A stretch of 64,000 bases of DNA, taken from positions 124,001 through 188,000 of the IMG/VR virus record IMGVR_UViG_3300030099_004448. One strand, 5' to 3'. Below, piece by piece: positions 35,967 to 45,506 of the stretch. The translations under genes were made by a program, and so were the position numbers. The first letter of the stretch is position 1; every line of letters begins with the position of its first letter. The notes under the pieces are model-generated. The model was given only the letters and a program-made list of their open reading frames with translations, was not told the DNA's origin and ran no database searches.

Positions 35967-36814
35967 CAATTAATGAGCTCGGGAACATGGGTCGTCTAGG
36001 AAACCAGATGTTCCAATATGCAGCAACGCGAGGACTTGCAGCTGCAAAGGGGTATGAATGGTGTATTCCACCTTTTACGACTCCCAGGATTGATAACTAC
36101 AGTCTTGCTAATTGTTTTACCATGGAGAGTGTTACTCCTAGTAATCAATACATCCTTGATCGTGGACATGCTCCAGTAGTTATGGAAAAACAGTTCCACT
36201 TCGATGAGGAACTGATGCAATTGTGTCCCAATGATGTTTCTTTGTATGGATTTTTCCAGACTGAGAAGTATTTTGCACACATTCGAGATGAAATTCGTAG
36301 GGACTTTACTTTCCATGAAGATCTGACGGTTCCCATCCAAGGATTCCTTAACGATCTGAAAGATCCTATCTTCTTGCATGTACGTCGTGGTGATCCCAAC
36401 CTTGTCGATGCTCGTGGATTTAAGTGGTCTTACACTCAGTGTTCTTCTATGCACCCGCCACAAGGCGTTGAGTACTACGAAGAGGCGTTGAAACAATTCC
36501 CAGACGATCAAGAGGTTGTCGTCGTCTCAGACTCGCCTGAGTGGGTTATGGAACAGGAACTATTCAAACCTGATCGTTTCTTTGTTTCTACACCCGAAGA
36601 GAAGTATCCTGATGGATCTTATACTCCTTATATTGACCTCTGTTTGATGGCGAATTGTAAGGGTGCTATCATTGCAAACTCTACTCTTTCTTGGTGGGGT
36701 GCATGGTTGCAGAATGGTGCTGGTAAAGTCATTGCACCTAAGAACTGGTTCGGTCCAGATTACGCTGATAAAGATACTAAAGATTTGTACTGTGAGGGTT
36801 GGGAAGTTATTTGA
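35960..36814 (+). CDS. GT11 alpha-1,2-fucosyltransferase-like #3
   Basis: GRLGNQMFQYA, GFFQTEKYF, HVRRGD, ANSTLSWWGAWL. Confidence 0.92.
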   Translation: MLAINELGNMGRLGNQMFQYAATRGLAAAKGYEWCIPPFTTPRIDNYSLANCFTMESVTPSNQYILDRGHAPVVMEKQFHFDEELMQLCPNDVSLYGFFQTEKYFAHIRDEIRRDFTFHEDLTVPIQGFLNDLKDPIFLHVRRGDPNLVDARGFKWSYTQCSSMHPPQGVEYYEEALKQFPDDQEVVVVSDSPEWVMEQELFKPDRFFVSTPEEKYPDGSYTPYIDLCLMANCKGAIIANSTLSWWGAWLQNGAGKVIAPKNWFGPDYADKDTKDLYCEGWEVI

Positions 36815-37605
36815 TGGATAAGAATAAGTCTGTATCTAAACTGAAAGGTATGGGACCCATCTATTACATCAACTTAGATGGGCAACCAGAACGCAAACAG
36901 TACATGGAAGACATGTTTGCACATTGGGAAATTGAAAACTACGAACGTATTTCTGCATATGATGGTAGAGAGGATGATCTAAGCGACATCCTCCACGGTC
37001 GTTATCCAGAAAATATGAGTTCTGGTGAGATTGGGTGTGTAACCTCTCACCTTAAACTCCTTAAACATTTTCTAGAGACATCTGATGCACCATACTGTGT
37101 GGTGATGGAAGATGATGTTGATATTAATGTTGCTAAGTATTGGACTTTCACTTGGAATCAACTTTATGCAAGATTCCCCTATGATTATGATGTTGTTCAG
37201 TTGGCAGTCATCTGCCCTGGTACACTTCACGTCAATCTACACAGGAGATTTGTAAACGATTTCTCCACGGCGTGTTATGTCATTACACGTCACCATGCGG
37301 AAAAGGTGGTTCGCCTCCATTGTCGGGGGGAAAAGTATAAACTAGACTATAAAATCAAGCCACGTGCTGTTGCAGACGATTTGATCTATAACTCTGGTAA
37401 TACGTTCGCCTTGCCTATATTTCTCTATAAGATTGAGTTGGGGTCCTCAATTCATCCTGAACATATTGAGATTTTCCATCGAGGATCACATGACGGTTTA
37501 CGAGAACTCTGGGAAAGACAAGGATCGACACTAGAAATTGATAGATTGATGGAGTGGGATCCGTATTTGGGACGAACGTCAGAAGGTCCTCAAAAAAATA
37601 CTTGA
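36814..37605 (+). CDS. GT25-family glycosyltransferase
   Basis: YYINLD...ERKQYM, GEIGCVTSH, VVMEDDV, STACYVIT. Confidence 0.85.
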   Translation: MDKNKSVSKLKGMGPIYYINLDGQPERKQYMEDMFAHWEIENYERISAYDGREDDLSDILHGRYPENMSSGEIGCVTSHLKLLKHFLETSDAPYCVVMEDDVDINVAKYWTFTWNQLYARFPYDYDVVQLAVICPGTLHVNLHRRFVNDFSTACYVITRHHAEKVVRLHCRGEKYKLDYKIKPRAVADDLIYNSGNTFALPIFLYKIELGSSIHPEHIEIFHRGSHDGLRELWERQGSTLEIDRLMEWDPYLGRTSEGPQKNT

Positions 37606-37630
37606 CAAAGTTGTTACATTACTATATACT
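37602..37630 (+). promoter_or_regulatory. Sigma70-like promoter upstream of hli
   Basis: TTGACA-17 nt-TATACT. Confidence 0.75.
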
Positions 37631-37653
37631 ATGTAAAGTTTCGCAACAAACTA

Positions 37654-37884
37654 ATGACTCGCTCAGGAACAATCACAACTGAAGACGGCGGAAGAACAAA
37701 TATGTTCGCTACCGAACCTCGTATGTATGTCGATCAAACTGCAGCAGAACGCTATGGTTATGAAACCTATGCGGAACGTGCAGAAAAACTGAATGGTCGC
37801 ACCGCGATGCTCGGTTTTATTGCCGCAGTAGTTTCTTATGCTACTACTGGTAGTTTGTTCTTCTTTGGTGCATTTGGTATCTGA
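37654..37884 (+). CDS. hli: High-light-inducible protein (long form)
   Basis: AEKLNGRTAMLGF chlorophyll-binding motif plus TM. Confidence 0.93.
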   Translation: MTRSGTITTEDGGRTNMFATEPRMYVDQTAAERYGYETYAERAEKLNGRTAMLGFIAAVVSYATTGSLFFFGAFGI

Positions 37885-38105
37885 TGGAAAACTCCCTTCT
37901 TGAAATTCTTACTTATTATGTAATTGGTGGTGCCCTTTTGATTGGTGCCCCAGGAGTATTCTTCTTTGTAGTCTTCATGTCTGCCCTCCAAAATACGAAG
38001 GGTCGCATGGTGGGTTACAAAGACCATAAAACATATGGTGATTCTTCTGTCTACGAAAACACACAAAGTGACAACACTAACTTTTATCTTGTACTAGATA
38101 GTTGA
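37884..38105 (+). CDS. Small membrane protein
   Basis: N-terminal TM; coupled to hli. Confidence 0.6.
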   Translation: MENSLLEILTYYVIGGALLIGAPGVFFFVVFMSALQNTKGRMVGYKDHKTYGDSSVYENTQSDNTNFYLVLDS

Positions 38106-38119
38106 AAAGATTTGATACC

Positions 38120-38269
38120 ATGACCAACGAGAACGCACTGTGGGAAGACATGCGAAGACTCAATGCCCTATACGAAGAACTCTGCTGGGGGCACGATGAT
38201 GAACTTATTTTTACTCACGAAAACGGTAGAGTCGTAATCTTTAACCAATCCTTGGAGAAAAAACAATGA
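38120..38269 (+). CDS. Small hypothetical protein (49 aa)
   Basis: Manual translation MTNENALWEDMRRLNALYEELCWGHDDEL...; stop overlaps the next hli ATG. Confidence 0.55.
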   Translation: MTNENALWEDMRRLNALYEELCWGHDDELIFTHENGRVVIFNQSLEKKQ

Positions 38270-38373
38270 CTGAAAGAGCAGAACGTATTAACGGTTGGGC
38301 CGCAATGATCGGTGTAATCGCAGCAATTGGATCCTATGCAGCAACAGGTCAAATCATTCCAGGTATCTGGTGA
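38266..38373 (+). CDS. hli: High-light-inducible protein (35-aa short form)
   Basis: MTERAERINGWAAMIGVIAAIGSYAATGQIIPGIW: AERxNGWxAMIG and TGQIIPG motifs. Confidence 0.92.
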   Translation: MTERAERINGWAAMIGVIAAIGSYAATGQIIPGIW

Positions 38374-38434
38374 TGGGATTTTTAGTAGCAGCAGTGCTGA
38401 TGCTAATTCCTATTGCAGCAGTAGCAATTAAGTC

Positions 38435-38572
38435 ATGAGTATTGAATGGAGTCAGACGGTAATTTTTTTCTTGACGCCTCTTTTCTTTATGCTTCTCTTT
38501 GTAGAGACTGATGACGACGATGGAGACGGTCCAGACAGTGGACTGATGTCACCCATCTTAGAGGGTATCTAA
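38435..38572 (+). CDS. Small TM peptide with an acidic tail (45 aa)
   Basis: MSIEWSQTVIFFLTPLFFMLLFVETDDDDGDGPDSGLMSP... Confidence 0.5.
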   Translation: MSIEWSQTVIFFLTPLFFMLLFVETDDDDGDGPDSGLMSPILEGI

Positions 38573-38576
38573 ATAC

Positions 38577-38601
38577 GAGGAGGGAAACCTCCTCATTTTT
38601 T
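38577..38601 (+). terminator. Intrinsic terminator
   Basis: GAGGAGG-GAAA-CCTCCTC followed by a T-tract. Confidence 0.75.
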
Positions 38602-38612
38602 ATGGGATTATT

Positions 38613-41003
38613 ATGTTAACCAACACAATTACGGATGGAGTAAAGGAACGTCTTCTGTACACACTAGGAAAGCGTCCCGAATCTGCCTCTGCACACGATG
38701 TCTACATGGCACTTTGTTATGCCGTTAGAGATCGAATGATTGATAATCATTTAGTTGAAAAGCCATATAAGAAGGAAGTTGCATATTTGTCTGCAGAGTT
38801 CCTTATTGGACCGCAGTTGAGTAACAACTTACTCAATTTGGATATTCGCAAAGAAGCTGCTGCAGCAGTTGGTCAGTTTGGATATGATTTGGATGAGATT
38901 TTAGAATTGTCTGAAGAACCTGGACTTGGAAATGGTGGTCTAGGTAGACTTGCTGCATGTTACATGGAATCCATGGCAACTCTAAAAGTTCCTGCCACTG
39001 GATATGGTATTAGATATAAGTACGGTATTTTCAAACAAACAATCCGTGACAATCAACAGGTAGAAGTCACCGATAATTGGTTGCATGGAGATTGGCCATG
39101 GGAAGTTTGTTATCCAGATGAATCTGTCATGATCGGATTCGGGGGAAAGGTAGAACACTATGAGTTTGATGATAATGACCATAGAGTTCGTTGGGCACCT
39201 CAACAACATGTGGTTGCAGTTCCTTATGATGTTTTGCAAGCAGGATATAAAGTAGATAGTTGTGCAAAGATTAGACTCTGGAGAGCAGACGCTATTGATG
39301 TGTTTGACTTCAAAGCATTCAACCAGGGAGACTATCTGGGATCCGTAGAGAACAGTGTAACCACGGAGACTATCTCAAAAGTTCTTTATCCAAATGATGG
39401 AACCACTCAAGGAAAAGAACTGAGATTAAAACAGCAGTTCTTCTTTGTGAGTGCTTCTCTTCAGGACATGATCAGAAGTCTCAAAGAACGTGATCTACCT
39501 CTCGAAGAGTTCTACAACTATTATCAAGTTCAGTTAAATGATACTCATCCATCAGTTGCGGTTGCAGAACTAATGAGACTTCTTATGGATGATCACCACA
39601 TGGAGTGGGATCTTGCATGGGATATTACAAGTAAGTCGATTGCATATACCAATCACACACTACTTCCAGAGGCACTGGAGAAGTGGAGTGTAAGTCTGTT
39701 TGAAAAACTCCTACCCAGACACTTGGAGATCATTTATGAAATCAATTCCAGATTCCTCCAGATCGTCAGAATGCACTACCCAGGAGACGAAGAAATCCTC
39801 AGAAAACTGTCCATCATTGATGAGACGGGTGGTAGATTTGTCCGCATGGCCAATCTTGCAACAGTCGGATCTCACCATATCAATGGTGTTGCTTCACTTC
39901 ACTCAGATCTGATCACTAAGAACCTCATGCCTGAGTTCTATGACCTTTGGCCTCACAAGTTCACCAATGTAACCAATGGTGTGACTCCTCGTCGCTGGTT
40001 GGCAGACTCTAACCCTGCACTTGCTGAGGTTCTTACAAATTGCGTTGGTGATGAATGGGTTACTGATATGACTCGTCTCAGTGATCTAGAGAAGTTTGCT
40101 GATGATCCTATTGTTCTTGAAAAGATTGGTGCGACAAAACTCATTGGTAAACATAAACTGGCACAATATATACAGAAGACACTTGGCATCTCAGTTGATC
40201 CGTCAAGTATGTTTGATGTACAAGTAAAGAGGATTCATGAATACAAACGACAGCATCTCCTTGCTCTATGGATTGTGTCTCGGTATTTGTATATCAAAAA
40301 TCATAAAGACGATTATGTTGTTCCACGTACAGTAATCTTTGGTGGTAAAGCCGCACCTGGTTACTATATGGCGAAAGAGATTATTCGTTTCATTTGTAAT
40401 CTTGCGGAGACTGTCAACTCAGATCCTGATATGGATGGAAAGTTGCGTGTGGTATTCCTACCTAACTATAGTGTGAAGTTGGGTGAGAAAGTCTATCCCG
40501 CTGCGGATCTCTCTGAACAGATCTCAACCGCAGGTAAGGAAGCATCTGGTACTGGTAATATGAAGTTCCAGATGAATGGTGCTCTGACTATTGGTACACT
40601 CGATGGTGCAAATGTAGAGATTCGTGACTTGGTAGGTGAAGAGAACTTCTTCCTCTTTGGTAATACTGAAGAAGAGATCGGTGATCTATGGAAGAATGGT
40701 TATGATCCTAAAGAACACATGAGTTCTGGATTGTTTGAGTCGATTGAATTAATCAAGTCTGGTCACTTCTCGAATGGTGATAAGAATGCATTTGTTTCTA
40801 TCATTGATAATCTGCTGCAGAGTGATCCATTCTGTGTCTGTGCAGACTTTGCAGATTATTGCCGTGCCCAGAACGTTGTAGATAACACCTGGGGTAATAG
40901 AGAGGAATGGAATCGTAGATCTCTGATGAACATTGCTAGATCTGGATTCTTCTCATCCGATAGATCTATTCAAGATTACTGTGACAACATCTGGAAAATA
41001 TGA
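38613..41003 (+). CDS. glgP: Glycogen/starch/alpha-glucan phosphorylase (GT35)
   Basis: YLSAEFLIG, GLGNGGLGRLAAC, QLNDTHP, YTNHTLLPEALE, VKRIHEYKRQHL, GGKAAPGY and the PLP-lysine motif EASGTGNMKF; 796 aa, uninterrupted. Confidence 0.97.
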   Translation: MLTNTITDGVKERLLYTLGKRPESASAHDVYMALCYAVRDRMIDNHLVEKPYKKEVAYLSAEFLIGPQLSNNLLNLDIRKEAAAAVGQFGYDLDEILELSEEPGLGNGGLGRLAACYMESMATLKVPATGYGIRYKYGIFKQTIRDNQQVEVTDNWLHGDWPWEVCYPDESVMIGFGGKVEHYEFDDNDHRVRWAPQQHVVAVPYDVLQAGYKVDSCAKIRLWRADAIDVFDFKAFNQGDYLGSVENSVTTETISKVLYPNDGTTQGKELRLKQQFFFVSASLQDMIRSLKERDLPLEEFYNYYQVQLNDTHPSVAVAELMRLLMDDHHMEWDLAWDITSKSIAYTNHTLLPEALEKWSVSLFEKLLPRHLEIIYEINSRFLQIVRMHYPGDEEILRKLSIIDETGGRFVRMANLATVGSHHINGVASLHSDLITKNLMPEFYDLWPHKFTNVTNGVTPRRWLADSNPALAEVLTNCVGDEWVTDMTRLSDLEKFADDPIVLEKIGATKLIGKHKLAQYIQKTLGISVDPSSMFDVQVKRIHEYKRQHLLALWIVSRYLYIKNHKDDYVVPRTVIFGGKAAPGYYMAKEIIRFICNLAETVNSDPDMDGKLRVVFLPNYSVKLGEKVYPAADLSEQISTAGKEASGTGNMKFQMNGALTIGTLDGANVEIRDLVGEENFFLFGNTEEEIGDLWKNGYDPKEHMSSGLFESIELIKSGHFSNGDKNAFVSIIDNLLQSDPFCVCADFADYCRAQNVVDNTWGNREEWNRRSLMNIARSGFFSSDRSIQDYCDNIWKI

Positions 41004-41686
41004 ACATTTGGGTTGGGTATGACACCCGTGAACACTGGGCATTCAAGGTCTGTGATTACAGCATCCGCAAATACAGACCTGATGCAATCGTAAAACCGAT
41101 TGAACAACGAAACACAAGACTTCTTGGTCTCTACGATAGACCTATAGATGAGAATGCCTCTACTGAGTTTTCTCTAACTAGATTTCTAACGCCTGCACTA
41201 TCAAACTTTAAGGGATGGTCACTTTACTGTGATTGTGACTTTCTCTTTTTGAATGATGTTAAAAAGTTATTTGATCTTGCTGATCCTAAGTACGCTGCAA
41301 TGGTGGTCAAACATGACTATAAACCAAAGAGTAATACAAAGATGGATGGTCAAATTCAGTTTCCATATCCTAGAAAGAACTGGAGTTCTTTGATCTTATT
41401 CAATAACGAACATCCATCCCATAAGTTTTTGGATGTCAATGGTATGACTCCTGCAGAGCTGCACCAGTTTGACTGGATTGCAGACAAAGATCTGGGTGAA
41501 TTGCCTAAACGGTGGAATTGGTTGGTTGGTTATTGCACCGATGAAGACCTATGGTCTGATATTCCAGCTGCATTACATTACACAGATGGTGGACCATGGT
41601 TTGAAGAGACTAAAGACTGTGATTACTCTGGTTTGTGGAATCAATATTATGAGGAGTGTCTAGATGCAAATAAAATATATCGTTGA
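41000..41686 (+). CDS. GT8-like glycosyltransferase resembling plant CDI
   Basis: VGYDTRE, STEFSLTRFL, DCDF (DxD), VVKHDY, KMDGQ, YPRKNWSS, HYTDGGPWF. Confidence 0.85.
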   Translation: MNIWVGYDTREHWAFKVCDYSIRKYRPDAIVKPIEQRNTRLLGLYDRPIDENASTEFSLTRFLTPALSNFKGWSLYCDCDFLFLNDVKKLFDLADPKYAAMVVKHDYKPKSNTKMDGQIQFPYPRKNWSSLILFNNEHPSHKFLDVNGMTPAELHQFDWIADKDLGELPKRWNWLVGYCTDEDLWSDIPAALHYTDGGPWFEETKDCDYSGLWNQYYEECLDANKIYR

Positions 41687-42482
41687 CGAGACTGGTATAA
41701 ATTTTGAACATCCTCCAAATAGAGTCATGAGATTCAATCCTGTAATTTTGGATTCCATGTCTGAAAAAATGGTTAGAAGTAGTTATAAATCTAACTTGAA
41801 AAATATAGATATATTTTTTAATTCTGGAGCTAAAGAAAAACTTAGAACTATAACTAAACTTCCATATCAATATTTGGACTACAAGAAATATGGATGTTTC
41901 ATGTATCCATACATTGCAACAGATTTAAATATTATTGATGGGAAGGGGTATAGTAAAACCAATCCAGAGAGATGGAATCTTCAGACTGGATCAGGTAGAC
42001 TTTTTATTCAGAGTAGATACTTCCCAGAAAGTAAATATCCACTTGCTCACTTTTCCTTACAATATGGAACAGGTGGAGGTGAAGTTATTGAAGAATATGT
42101 TGAATACGTTAAGCAAACTTCTTGGTGGAAAGACAAAGATGTATCCGATATGGTAGCATTTGTAAACTTACATCCATATCCAGAACCAAAATGGAATACA
42201 AGTAAGATTGAAGTTTCTCTCAATGAACAGGAACACAGGTGGAATGAAAAAAATGTTTGGTTCATTAAACTTGTAGATTTTGTGCCTCGGAAAGATGCGG
42301 AGAAACACATGGAACCCAGGTTAAAACCTGATTATTTCTTGAATAAGATCACTCAAAACAATCTAAATAAGAGACTGCATAAAATATACGAAGAATTTGA
42401 AGGAGAAAATATAGATCTTTTGGACAAATTAATTTTAGATAATCTAGACTACGTGGAATCAATTTATGACTGGAGACTTTAA
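41664..42482 (+). CDS. Unknown paralog family, copy 1 of 6
   Basis: ITKLPYQY..FMYP..GSGRLF..YFP..YGTGGGE. Confidence 0.75.
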   Translation: MQIKYIVDETGINFEHPPNRVMRFNPVILDSMSEKMVRSSYKSNLKNIDIFFNSGAKEKLRTITKLPYQYLDYKKYGCFMYPYIATDLNIIDGKGYSKTNPERWNLQTGSGRLFIQSRYFPESKYPLAHFSLQYGTGGGEVIEEYVEYVKQTSWWKDKDVSDMVAFVNLHPYPEPKWNTSKIEVSLNEQEHRWNEKNVWFIKLVDFVPRKDAEKHMEPRLKPDYFLNKITQNNLNKRLHKIYEEFEGENIDLLDKLILDNLDYVESIYDWRL

Positions 42483-43230
42483 AATATTATGTTTTGATGA
42501 TACAACTGGGATGTCTATAGATATTCCTACCATCGTGGACTACAAGTATGAAGTCAAACCACCAACAGATCAAATGGTTCAAGACGCCTTTAAAGTCTTC
42601 ACTTCAGATGTAGATGAGTTTTTTAAGGATAATGTTTCTTTATTAGAAGAAGAGTATATCTTCAGTGAAAAATATACCTTTCCTTACGATGTATTTACAA
42701 AACTGCCATATCTTTATTATGACTTGTGTGTTAAAAAACTACCCTTCAAGTATCCTGCATATGTTTATCCCGACAGGAAAAAGAAGAGGAAAATGCTCTC
42801 GGGTTTGGGTAGAACTCTTATAACTTCTACTTTTGCTGATGATATTCCTTTGGATATCACTACACATTCTGAACAGTTTGGCACTGGTGGGGAGGAAATA
42901 ATCAGAAAATTAATTAATGATATTTCTAATAATAGATATTGGATGGGTCATGTAAAATATCCTATTGCAGTTATCTTACTTTCAAAGTATGAAAAAGATT
43001 TGTATGTAATTAAGGATTTGAGTTTTACTGATGAAAACTATATGAACTCCTATAGAAATTTTAGACCAGAACCATTCATAGAAAGATCTATGGATATGGA
43101 ACTGTGGAATAGAATTAAACACATATTGAAATCGGGTAAATACTACTTGAATTCTCGTAAATACTACACCGAGATTCTCAATGACATTGTTTTTAAGAAT
43201 TTAGATTATGTTAAAGATAAAGTACTTTGA
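42466..43230 (+). CDS. Unknown paralog family, copy 2 of 6
   Basis: FTKLPYLY..FKYP..GLGRTL..FGTGGEE..RPEPF. Confidence 0.78.
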   Translation: MTGDFKILCFDDTTGMSIDIPTIVDYKYEVKPPTDQMVQDAFKVFTSDVDEFFKDNVSLLEEEYIFSEKYTFPYDVFTKLPYLYYDLCVKKLPFKYPAYVYPDRKKKRKMLSGLGRTLITSTFADDIPLDITTHSEQFGTGGEEIIRKLINDISNNRYWMGHVKYPIAVILLSKYEKDLYVIKDLSFTDENYMNSYRNFRPEPFIERSMDMELWNRIKHILKSGKYYLNSRKYYTEILNDIVFKNLDYVKDKVL

Positions 43231-43930
43231 TGATAGTAGTGGGAAAGAATTAAAATCTACCAGACTTAAACCTCTAATGATTGCGGACTTTGAGTATGAA
43301 TCTCAAGTTAAAATATCTGAAGAGTTTCATAGTTGTGCCATAGATGACATTAACTATCATGTAAATAGAGTACTTAATGGTAATCCTAAACCTAGGATCT
43401 TCACTAAATTACCTTACCTTTATAGAGACTTCAAAGAAGATGGAATGATGCGCTTTCCTTTTTTTGAATTCTGTGATCATCCAGATATAAATGTGCGATA
43501 TGGTGTGGGATATGGTAGAGCATTAGTTGCACAGAAGTATTTTCCAGATATCAAAATAGATCACATAAAGTCATCTAAAGAGTTTGGTATAGGATCGGTT
43601 GAGATTGCAGAAAAAGCAATTAGTTTGATTAGAAATAATGTGTACTGGAAAGATAAGTCAGTTCCAGAAACTGTGATTGTAATGTTGGATAAACATAATT
43701 GGTTTTATTATCTTAAGGAGATAGGGTTTGCTTCTGACGAATATCTAGAGAGAAGAAAGAATTGGAGACCTCAAGAATTTGTAGAATCAACAATCAATGA
43801 TGAGTTGTGGAAATTACAGGAACAGATAATAAAAGAGGATCCTGACAATTGTTTTGATGAGGTTGTAAGAGGTGTGTTAAATAACCTTGATGGACTTCAA
43901 TCCAGTAATATCAAGTATTATACAAAATGA
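43208..43930 (+). CDS. Unknown paralog family, copy 3 of 6
   Basis: FTKLPYLYRD..RFP..GYGRAL..YFP..FGIGS..RPQEF. Confidence 0.78.
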   Translation: MLKIKYFDDSSGKELKSTRLKPLMIADFEYESQVKISEEFHSCAIDDINYHVNRVLNGNPKPRIFTKLPYLYRDFKEDGMMRFPFFEFCDHPDINVRYGVGYGRALVAQKYFPDIKIDHIKSSKEFGIGSVEIAEKAISLIRNNVYWKDKSVPETVIVMLDKHNWFYYLKEIGFASDEYLERRKNWRPQEFVESTINDELWKLQEQIIKEDPDNCFDEVVRGVLNNLDGLQSSNIKYYTK

Positions 43931-44781
43931 AATACGATGTAACTTACTTTAATGCTGACGATGGTCAGTTGATTGAATTTGACGATGGTCTCTTTAACTT
44001 AAACCTTGTAAAGTTTAAGTATTATAAGAATGAAAAAATTTCATCAGATAGACTTGCAACTGCATTTGATCTTTTCAAATATGATGTTAATAGGTATGTA
44101 AATGGTGGCACTGGATATAGTATGCGTGATTTTGACAACGGTAATATAGCCTTTGATACTTTCACCATACTTCCTTTTCTATATCTAACTGCAGAAAAAG
44201 GAGAACCGTTTCAATATCCCATCATGGAATCTCCGTATCAGGAGAAGTGGTTGACTTCTAATGACTATGGACTCAAACATACGCCAATGTTGTCTGGAAA
44301 TGGTAGGAGTTTAATTTTAGGTAAATATTTTCCAGAACAAACCATTGATATCGTTAGTAGTGATATATCGGAAGGTATTGGTGGCGATGACGATATGGAA
44401 GAATTTTTGGATAACTTATTTGCAAATTCATATTGGAATGGTAAAGATATATCTGATTATAAAATCATAGTTAACCTATGTTCTGTAGGCGAAAATAGTT
44501 TATTTGGTGGATTGAATGAGTTTTACGATGACTATACTTATAGAATGTTATACACTCTAAAGACAGTGGAGTTGGTTGATCATGAATACATGGAAGACTA
44601 TAAACATTACAGACCTGAAAGGTTTATAGAAAAAACTTCTAGACTAACTAACTGGAAGATCCTTAAAAATATTATTGATGAATCTACATTAGAAACTGAT
44701 GAAGACTATTGGGAGTTATTAGATAATATAGTTAATGGTTATAAAAAATATTTTGAGAGTGTTTATACTTGGAAGATATGA
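43927..44781 (+). CDS. Unknown paralog family, copy 4 of 6
   Basis: FTILPFLY..FQYP..GNGRSL..YFP..EGIGG..RPERF. Confidence 0.78.
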   Translation: MKYDVTYFNADDGQLIEFDDGLFNLNLVKFKYYKNEKISSDRLATAFDLFKYDVNRYVNGGTGYSMRDFDNGNIAFDTFTILPFLYLTAEKGEPFQYPIMESPYQEKWLTSNDYGLKHTPMLSGNGRSLILGKYFPEQTIDIVSSDISEGIGGDDDMEEFLDNLFANSYWNGKDISDYKIIVNLCSVGENSLFGGLNEFYDDYTYRMLYTLKTVELVDHEYMEDYKHYRPERFIEKTSRLTNWKILKNIIDESTLETDEDYWELLDNIVNGYKKYFESVYTWKI

Positions 44782-45506
44782 AACCTATATTATATTTTAA
44801 TGATAAGACTGGTGAGTCGTTAAATCTTGGCGATCAGTTAAAGGTAGTTGGATACAAGTATGAACACAATACTATATCTGAAAGACTATTTCAAGAATCT
44901 CTTTTCATTTTTAAGAGAGATATCACACGCTTTAAGTCTGCTCCGTTCAATCCCGCCTGGAACAAACCACATGATGATGCTTTCATAGAATTTGGAGAGG
45001 GATATTGGTTAATAACAAAGTTGATTCATCTGTATGATGCCCTCATAAAGGAAGGTAGATTTAAACAACCATTTGTTATTAATCCTAATAAGGAAAGACT
45101 TCTTTCATGTGGGCATGGTAGAACGTTGATTGGGTATAGATATTTTCCATACCTTGTTCATGATTACACTACTCATAGTAAAGAATATGGTATTGGTGGT
45201 GAAGAGTTAGTAAGAAAATATTTAAGTCTTGCTGCAAGTGCGGGTGATCTTGATAAGGAATATGTTGTGTCAATACTTCCCTTTCAGGATGTATGGCAAA
45301 TTAGGAGTGTCAACTTTGTAAGTAAAGAATACTTGTCTGAAAGATTGAAGAAACCGACAACTAGACAACTAGATCCTTTTCTAGAAAAGGTTTGTACTTT
45401 AGATGACTGGTTCGAGATAAAATCAAAGATAAAACTTGCTAAGTTAGAAACCGATGAAGATTATCTACAACTTTTGGATGATATTGTATTATGCAGAGAG
45501 AGATGA
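44778..45506 (+). CDS. Unknown paralog family, copy 5 of 6
   Basis: ITKLIHLY..GRFKQPFVI..CGHGRTL..YFP..EYGIGGEE. Confidence 0.78.
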   Translation: MKPILYFNDKTGESLNLGDQLKVVGYKYEHNTISERLFQESLFIFKRDITRFKSAPFNPAWNKPHDDAFIEFGEGYWLITKLIHLYDALIKEGRFKQPFVINPNKERLLSCGHGRTLIGYRYFPYLVHDYTTHSKEYGIGGEELVRKYLSLAASAGDLDKEYVVSILPFQDVWQIRSVNFVSKEYLSERLKKPTTRQLDPFLEKVCTLDDWFEIKSKIKLAKLETDEDYLQLLDDIVLCRER

